DNA from: Candidatus Saccharimonadota bacterium
Lineage (GTDB): Archaea > Nanohalarchaeota > Nanosalinia > Nanosalinales > Nanosalinaceae
Length of the DNA: 32,000 nt
Assembly: GCF_047555085.1 (NCBI RefSeq)
Contig: NZ_CP180230.1
Location: 780,001-812,000, forward strand
Direction of reading: 5' to 3'
Position 1 is the stretch's first letter. Each line of letters starts with the position of its first letter. A model generated the notes under the pieces. The model ran no database searches. It was given only the letters and a program-made list of their open reading frames with translations, and was not told the DNA's origin. Positions 27,116 to 32,000 of the stretch are shown piece by piece. The translations under genes and the position numbers were made by a program.

Positions 27116-28003
27116 ATGAAATGCGCTGTTATATACGGCAAGAAATCGGCCCAGCATCACCACTTCATAGAGGCAGGAAAAAAACATTTTGACAAGGTTC
27201 TTGGAGCCCCGCTGGAAGGTATAAGAACAGTATATACAGAAGAAGGCACGAAGCTGATGTATAATAATACTGATTTATGCGAGTTTGATGCAGTGTATCT
27301 GCGGCTTCTTGGAAACGATCTGATGTACGGAGAACATATTCCGGAAGTACTGAGGGACAACGAGGTGTACACACAGCTTGAATCTGACTCTCTCGCTATC
27401 GCCTCCAACAAGTTCCATATGATGAAGGTGCTTGCTGATGGAGGCCTTCCTGTTCCGAGATCAACTTATACTCTTTCAACACGTGAAACAGAGAGAGCCG
27501 GAGACATGCTCGGATACCCTGCTGTAATCAAAATAATATCCGGATACGGCGGGAAAGGAGTGATGAAGGCCGATTCAAGATCCGATATAGGGCCTATAAC
27601 AGATACTTTGACTCTTTTCGAGCAGGATATCTGCTTGCAGGAATTCATCGACAATCCCGGAGAAGATATACGAGTCCTTGTCGTAGGCGATGAAACGTAC
27701 GCCTACAAAAGGGTAGGCGGGGAAGAAGAGTTCCGTTCCAATATTTCTGCTGGAGGAGCGCGTGAAAAAATAGAGCCAAGCGAAGAGATGATAGAGGCCT
27801 CTATAGGAGCTGCAGAGCTCTGCGGACTTGACATAGCAGGTATAGATATCATAGAAGATGAAAGCGAAGAAGGAGGATTCTACATCGGCGAGATAAATGC
27901 CTCTCCTGGAGTAGAAGGTACAGGAGAAGTTATAGACGCCGATCTGGCGGATGAGTTCATGGCTTTCATAAAGAGAAAGACGCTGGAAGAGGACCAGCTA
28001 TAA
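27116..28003 (+). CDS. RimK-family ATP-grasp ligase (alpha-L-glutamate-ligase-like)
   Basis: Motifs VIKIISGYGGKGV, LQEFI, DIRVLVVGD, FRSNISAGG, AGIDII and IGEINASPG. AGGAGG at 27102-27107. Confidence 0.9.
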   Translation: MKCAVIYGKKSAQHHHFIEAGKKHFDKVLGAPLEGIRTVYTEEGTKLMYNNTDLCEFDAVYLRLLGNDLMYGEHIPEVLRDNEVYTQLESDSLAIASNKFHMMKVLADGGLPVPRSTYTLSTRETERAGDMLGYPAVIKIISGYGGKGVMKADSRSDIGPITDTLTLFEQDICLQEFIDNPGEDIRVLVVGDETYAYKRVGGEEEFRSNISAGGAREKIEPSEEMIEASIGAAELCGLDIAGIDIIEDESEEGGFYIGEINASPGVEGTGEVIDADLADEFMAFIKRKTLEEDQL

Positions 28004-29032
28004 TTCCTCAAAATCTCTTTCCACTGTCTTAACTGCTTCATCCAGCTGTTCTTCCTTGAAAGCGTTGTATGCCGGTATCCCGACATTGTCTTCTATAGTC
28101 TTCTTCCCTGCTGTTGTATCAGTGATAGGGCCTGAGATAAAGCTTATACGGTAGTCCATGTCGCCGAGAACTTCTTTAAGGCCGTAAGCACCCATAACAT
28201 CAAGTGATACAGCACATACGCTGAAAATAGATTTCTTAACGTCAAGATCTCTTATAACTTCCCTGACTCTGTAGTTACTGATCAGGCCTGCGCCGAACTC
28301 CACTACAACAAAATCTAGATCGTTTTCACGCCATGCATAGTTCATCAGGCCTTTAGCGGAAGATATAACTGTTTCAGGATCTTCTACAGTAGTCGGGATT
28401 CCTGCATCAACAAAGTCCAGTGAAACTTTTGATCCGGCATCGTACATACTCAGGCGATCTCTTTCACGGGCTGATCCTGTAAGCTTCAGAGATCCTACAT
28501 CGTAGTCCTCGCTCAGATTCTCGATAAGTCTTGTAGCAAGAGTTGTCTTACCTGCGTCCATCCTTGAAGCGACTACGGCAACCATTTTCACGTCTTCAGT
28601 TACTTCATCGGATCTTTCGATGCCGTAATGCTTCATATTTCTGATCTCATCACCGTTCCTCACATAACCAAGGAATTCGGCCTCACAGGGATCCTGAAGC
28701 TCTTTCGCTGAGCTCTCGTAATCTCCAAATATCCCTCCTGAACCCAGGAAGTAGACTTCGTCGCCTTTCTCAATTTTCTCCGGCACGTCACCTATGTATC
28801 CTTTAACGCCGGCCCTGTTACCGAAAGCTCCTACAACTATATCTCCCTCTTCAAGATCTACCAACTCTCCTCCTTCCAAGTCGAGCTCCCTGTAATTATC
28901 ATTTACATCCGTAATTCTTACGGCAACTACGTCGCCGCTTTGAGGCCTGTGGCCGCTGTACTCTATATTTACCTCTTCTCCAAGTTCAACGCGTTTGAGA
29001 CATGAGGCCTTGTAATCGTATTCTGTAGCCAT
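27998..29032 (-). CDS. Two-domain protein: N-terminal beta-rich domain plus C-terminal P-loop NTPase-like domain, function unknown
   Basis: Walker-A-like VAVVASRMDAGKTTLATRL and Walker-B-like DLDFVVVEFGAG. Convergent with the ATP-grasp gene, sharing the 6-nt CTATAA stop region. Confidence 0.72.
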   Translation of the reverse strand: MATEYDYKASCLKRVELGEEVNIEYSGHRPQSGDVVAVRITDVNDNYRELDLEGGELVDLEEGDIVVGAFGNRAGVKGYIGDVPEKIEKGDEVYFLGSGGIFGDYESSAKELQDPCEAEFLGYVRNGDEIRNMKHYGIERSDEVTEDVKMVAVVASRMDAGKTTLATRLIENLSEDYDVGSLKLTGSARERDRLSMYDAGSKVSLDFVDAGIPTTVEDPETVISSAKGLMNYAWRENDLDFVVVEFGAGLISNYRVREVIRDLDVKKSIFSVCAVSLDVMGAYGLKEVLGDMDYRISFISGPITDTTAGKKTIEDNVGIPAYNAFKEEQLDEAVKTVERDFEEL

Positions 29033-29099
29033 AAATTCTTCAACGATAGCGGAGCTTAAAATACTATTTACTTGAAACTTCAGGCCTCAAAGATTCTAC

Positions 29100-29477
29100 A
29101 TGACTAAGAAAATCCTGCTTGACACAAATTTCCTGGTAGCGCCGTTCCAGTTGAGTATAACGATATTCGGGGAGCTGGACAGACTGTATCCTGTCAACAG
29201 TATCTATACACTGGATGATGCAGTGCAGGAGGCGAAAAGTATTGAAGGCGGGAAGTACGGCAAGCTTGTTGAAAAGTTGATAGAAACACAGGACATCAAA
29301 GTGCTTGAGACTGAGGGAGAGGGAAGTGTAGACGACTTGCTTGTGGATATTTCTGACGAATTCGCTGTAGCTACTAACGACAAAGAACTGAAGGAACGAC
29401 TCGTGGATGAAGGAAAAGAAGTCGTGATTATACGTGGCGGAAATCACCTGGAGGCCGTCAACGGGAACAGGCTGTGA
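29100..29477 (+). CDS. PIN-domain protein of the archaeal Fcf1/Utp24-like type usually found upstream of rpoE'
   Basis: N-terminal LLDTNFL acidic motif and VATNDKELKERL. 125 aa. Conserved position before rpoE'. Confidence 0.8.
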   Translation: MTKKILLDTNFLVAPFQLSITIFGELDRLYPVNSIYTLDDAVQEAKSIEGGKYGKLVEKLIETQDIKVLETEGEGSVDDLLVDISDEFAVATNDKELKERLVDEGKEVVIIRGGNHLEAVNGNRL

Positions 29478-29487
29478 ACTTGGGGAG

Positions 29488-29522
29488 AGGCCTGAGAATG
29501 AATTTTTCTACCACTGCTTTTT
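29488..29522 (+). terminator. Putative terminator region after the PIN gene (AGGCCT, then AATTTTTCT and GCTTTTT)
   Basis: AGGCCT lies 11 nt after the stop at 29475-29477 and is followed by two T-tracts. This region may overlap the rpo7 promoter (TTTTTAAG 29518-29525). Confidence 0.35.
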
Positions 29523-29570
29523 AAGAATTAACACCGACTGGTTTACTGTTCCATAGAGGTAGAATTTATA

Positions 29571-30146
29571 ATGTACAAGAGGCTGGATATGTCGGACTCG
29601 ATTCGAGTTCCTCCCGAGCATCTCGGTGAGGACGTCAATGAAAGCGTCGTAGGCGCTTTAAGCAAGAATGTAGAAGGAAACATCTTCGAAGATGCAGGAG
29701 TAGTCCTCGCTGTCGAAGAAGTTACTTCTGTAGAAGGTGGAAAAATAGAGCCCGAAGACGCAGGTATCCACTACGATGTCGAGTTCACAGCTATTGCATA
29801 CCAGCCAGAGCTACAGGAAGTAGTTGAAGGAGAAGTAGTTGATATCACAAGCTTCGGAGCTTTCATCCGTATCGGGCCTCTAGACGGGCTATGCCATGTT
29901 TCACAGATCATGGATGAGTACGTCAACATGGATGAAGAGAACAACATGCTTGTCTCAGAGGAAGGAGAAAAAACTCTCGAGATCGGAGACTTCGTAACTT
30001 CAAGAATGATCGCAGTCTCAATGAAAAATCAGGACAGCAACAAGATCAACCTGACGATGAGACAGCCAGGCCTCGGAAAAGAGGAATGGATCGAACTTTA
30101 CGAAGAAGAACAGGCAGAAGAAGACGACGAAGAAGGTGACAACTAG
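29571..30146 (+). CDS. rpo7: DNA-directed RNA polymerase subunit E' (Rpo7)
   Basis: N-terminal Rpb7-like domain plus S1 domain GEVVDITSFGAFIRIGPLDGLCHVSQI, with an acidic tail. Confidence 0.93.
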   Translation: MYKRLDMSDSIRVPPEHLGEDVNESVVGALSKNVEGNIFEDAGVVLAVEEVTSVEGGKIEPEDAGIHYDVEFTAIAYQPELQEVVEGEVVDITSFGAFIRIGPLDGLCHVSQIMDEYVNMDEENNMLVSEEGEKTLEIGDFVTSRMIAVSMKNQDSNKINLTMRQPGLGKEEWIELYEEEQAEEDDEEGDN

Positions 30147-30148
30147 AT

Positions 30149-30337
30149 ATGGCAGAAAAAGCTTGTTCCGAATGCCACAGACTTGTAGAAGAGTCAACAG
30201 AATGCCCTATCGACAAGAACAACGATTTAAGAAGTAACTGGAGCGGCTTAGCCGTTATATACGATCCAGAAGACTCAGAAATCGCAGACAAACTAGGCGT
30301 AAGCGTCGCAGGACGATACGCGATCAGTGTAAGGTGA
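30149..30337 (+). CDS. spt4: Transcription elongation factor Spt4 (RpoE'')
   Basis: 62 aa with zinc-ribbon-like CSEC...CPID and the conserved WSGLAVIYDPEDSEIADKLGV...GRYAISV. Located right after rpo7. Confidence 0.85.
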   Translation: MAEKACSECHRLVEESTECPIDKNNDLRSNWSGLAVIYDPEDSEIADKLGVSVAGRYAISVR

Positions 30338-30348
30338 AAAAATAATTT

Positions 30349-30789
30349 ATGGAAGTTCAAATTGAATCAGTACGAGAAAATCCTCTTCTGGAACGCAGAC
30401 AGGTAACACTGGCTGTAGACCATGAAGACGATTCAACCCCAAGTAGAGAAGATATCAAAAGCAGATTCGCTGCTGAAAACGCAGTCGACGAAGAAAAAAT
30501 CGAAGTAGGCACAATCCACACAGGATTCGGCCGAAACTCTTCGAAAACAGAGCTTAAAGTCTACGAAGAATTCGATTACAGCGAAGATCTTGAAGAAGAG
30601 GCCTCTACAACTTCAGAGACAGTTGAAGTAACTGAAGAATACGAGGAAATCGTCGCAGGAACAATCACAGATGCAAAAGACGCAATCAACGATCTTGAGG
30701 ATCCTGACTACAAGGCCTTGATCGAGGCAGAAGTAGAGAACAAAAACCGCACAACACTAGTTGACTGGCTTGAAGGCCAGATGGAGTGA
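30349..30789 (+). CDS. rps24e: 30S ribosomal protein S24e with about 45-aa C-terminal extension
   Basis: ENPLLERRQVTLAVDHEDDSTPSREDIKSRFAAE...IHTGFGRNSSKTELKVYE matches S24e. The extra acidic C-terminal segment ends in ...KNRTTLVDWLEGQME. Confidence 0.9.
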   Translation: MEVQIESVRENPLLERRQVTLAVDHEDDSTPSREDIKSRFAAENAVDEEKIEVGTIHTGFGRNSSKTELKVYEEFDYSEDLEEEASTTSETVEVTEEYEEIVAGTITDAKDAINDLEDPDYKALIEAEVENKNRTTLVDWLEGQME

Positions 30790-30795
30790 TTCAAG

Positions 30796-30942
30796 ATGGG
30801 AAAGAACGCTAACGTAGCAATCTACGAGAAGTACAACGAAGACGGGACATTCAACGGAGAAAAATGCCCTGTCTGCGGAAGCTTCCTGGCAGAACACGAC
30901 GACAGGAAAAGCTGCGGCAAGTGCGGCTACACACAGCACTAG
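30796..30942 (+). CDS. rps27ae: 30S ribosomal protein S27ae (48 aa; below the ORF-track cutoff)
   Basis: My translation is [48 protein letters not shown], with a C4 zinc ribbon. Canonical position after rps24e. Confidence 0.9.
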   Translation: MGKNANVAIYEKYNEDGTFNGEKCPVCGSFLAEHDDRKSCGKCGYTQH

Positions 30943-31016
30943 GGCCTCTAAATTTACAGGCCTCTCAATCTTTTCATCATATCTCTTAACGTTTTTCTCA
31001 CAAACATTTTCTCATA

Positions 31017-31997
31017 ATGAAAGTTCTTGGTATTGAGTCCACTGCTCATACGCTTGGAGTAGGGATAGTAGATGAGGATGATGTCCTTGCCAACAAGAAG
31101 TCGATGTACAAGCCTGAGGAAGGAGGTATTCATCCACGGAAGGCCTCAGAGCATCATTATCAGCATGCCTTGGAGGTATTGAATAATGCTCTTGATAAAG
31201 CGGGCCTTGAAGAGGAGGATCTGGATGCCGTGGCTTTTGCTCAGGGGCCTGGTATACCGCAGTGTCTGGAGATAGGGGCTGTTATGGCGCGGAGTATTGC
31301 GGAGCGTTACGATCTGAAGTTGATCGGTGTCAATCACTGTTTATCTCATATCTCGATCGGCACCAGAACGACTGAAGCTGAAAATCCGACTACGCTGTAC
31401 GTTTCTGGCGGGAACAGCCAGATAATCGAGTACAGGAATGGACGTTACAGGATAATTGGAGAGACTCTGGATATCGCTCTGGGAAATGCCTTGGACAAGT
31501 TCGCTAGAAAACTTGGATATCCGCATCCCGGCGGACCTGAGATCGAAAAGTTAGCGGAGAAGACTGACGATATAATTGAATTAAGTTATCCCATCAAGGG
31601 CATGGATTTCTCTTTTTCAGGCCTGACAACAGAGGCCGAGAGAAAGATCGGAGAAGTATCGGATGAGGTGCTTGCCAACAGTTTCCAGGAACACGCATAC
31701 TCTGCCGTGGTGGAGGCACTGGAAAGAGCGATGGCGCAGGAAGGCAGCAACGAGGCCCTTCTCACAGGAGGAGTAGCGATGAACTCCCGGCTTAGAGAGA
31801 TGGTGGAAACTATGTGCGAGCAGCGAGATGCAGAAGCTTACTTCCCTCCTGCCGAGTTCTGTATGGACAACGGAGCCATGATCGCACACCAGGGACTTGT
31901 TGAACTGAAAGACGGAAGAGGAACAAAGATAGATGATTCAGGTAAGAGGCCTGACTGGAGGCCTGACGAGGTGGAAGCAACATGGATAGAGAAATAG
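31017..31997 (+). CDS. kae1: tRNA N6-adenosine threonylcarbamoyltransferase Kae1 (stand-alone, not fused to Bud32)
   Basis: Motifs GIESTAHTLGVGIV, NHCLSHI, YVSGGNSQ, LTGGVAMNSRLREM and CMDNGAMIA. Stop at 31995-31997. Confidence 0.95.
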   Translation: MKVLGIESTAHTLGVGIVDEDDVLANKKSMYKPEEGGIHPRKASEHHYQHALEVLNNALDKAGLEEEDLDAVAFAQGPGIPQCLEIGAVMARSIAERYDLKLIGVNHCLSHISIGTRTTEAENPTTLYVSGGNSQIIEYRNGRYRIIGETLDIALGNALDKFARKLGYPHPGGPEIEKLAEKTDDIIELSYPIKGMDFSFSGLTTEAERKIGEVSDEVLANSFQEHAYSAVVEALERAMAQEGSNEALLTGGVAMNSRLREMVETMCEQRDAEAYFPPAEFCMDNGAMIAHQGLVELKDGRGTKIDDSGKRPDWRPDEVEATWIEK

Positions 31998-32000
31998 AGA

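Larger units (their letters stand above)
1..32000. repeat. Dispersed hyper-abundant palindromic hexamer AGGCCT (about 120 copies by manual scan)
   Basis: Verified copies at 1220, 1399, 2800, 3281, 4544, 4580, 8690, 14462, 14725, 18201, 19419, 20869, 29081, 29488, 30958, 31947 and 31959, among many others. Present in coding sequence on both strands and in spacers. Confidence 0.85.

Noticed and set aside
26687-27187. 166-aa minus-strand ORF over the ATP-grasp genes, and a 127-aa minus ORF at 29064-29447 over the PIN gene
   Set aside because: The opposite-strand genes have recognisable domains and SD or promoter elements. These ORFs have non-acidic, low-complexity translations.
23112-28003. Functional link between the RimK-type ligase and the nearby ribosomal protein S6e gene, by analogy with E. 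coli RimK modifying S6
   Set aside because: Bacterial S6 (bS6) and archaeal/eukaryotic S6e (eS6) are unrelated proteins, and S6e here does not end in the Glu-Glu acceptor tail. The proximity is explained by the cassette having been inserted into the conserved rps6e-eif2g string.
24721-29032. Reading the cassette as a graspetide/RiPP cluster (two ATP-grasp enzymes plus a C39-like peptidase on a membrane exporter)
   Set aside because: Genes overlap or are separated by 18 nt or less, so there is no room for a precursor-peptide ORF, and none is visible in the flanking spacers. The intact ligase carries RimK-type motifs. This reading is not fully excluded, because a precursor could be encoded elsewhere.
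24675-29099. Cassette as a mobile element, prophage remnant or integrative island
   Set aside because: There is no integrase, transposase or tRNA gene, and no direct or inverted repeats that I could see at the two borders. AGGCCT density inside the cassette is as high as in the flanks, which suggests long residence in this genome.
1-32000. Longer palindrome (NAGGCCTN or a HIP1-like octamer) as the true repeated unit; also CRISPR arrays, tRNA or rRNA genes
   Set aside because: In the first 30 copies I tabulated, all four flanking bases occur, and palindromic 8-mers are at about the chance level of 1 in 4, so the unit is the hexamer. No spacer-repeat periodicity was seen. No intergenic gap contains a tRNA-like cloverleaf sequence; the longest gap is about 140 nt at 22958-23099.

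Overview
Compact, roughly 95% coding archaeal chromosomal window with moderately low GC (about 43-45% by eye) and a strongly acidic, Asp/Glu-rich predicted proteome. Housekeeping content is A-type ATPase A/B/D, TrkAH, photolyase, S6e, aIF2-gamma, Rpo7, Spt4, S24e, S27ae and Kae1. Together with the tight gene packing, this points to a salt-in halophilic archaeon with a small genome, plausibly a nanohaloarchaeon (DPANN); that placement is inference. I call 36 CDS; one of them, rps27ae, falls below the ORF-track size cutoff. I saw no rRNA, tRNA, CRISPR array, transposase or integrase. Three things stand out. (1) The palindromic hexamer AGGCCT occurs about 120 times by manual scan, against about 6 expected. 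It appears in all three reading frames, on both strands and in most intergenic spacers, and often sits just after stop codons ahead of T-tracts. (2) A 4.4-kb four-gene cassette splits the otherwise conserved archaeal string rps6e-eif2g-PIN-rpoE'-spt4-rps24e-rps27ae. It encodes an MscS-like channel fused to a papain/C39-like peptidase domain, a degenerate ATP-grasp paralog, an intact RimK-type ATP-grasp ligase and a convergent P-loop protein. This is my best candidate for an undescribed system. (3) A two-gene operon encodes a 549-aa coiled-coil protein and an 803-aa protein that reads as a xylose-isomerase/endonuclease-IV-like TIM barrel split by a very large insertion. Smaller oddities are a histone-fold protein with a coiled-coil tail, an Ig-like surface protein, an extended S24e, a three-Cys Spt4, and shared stop codons between convergent genes.
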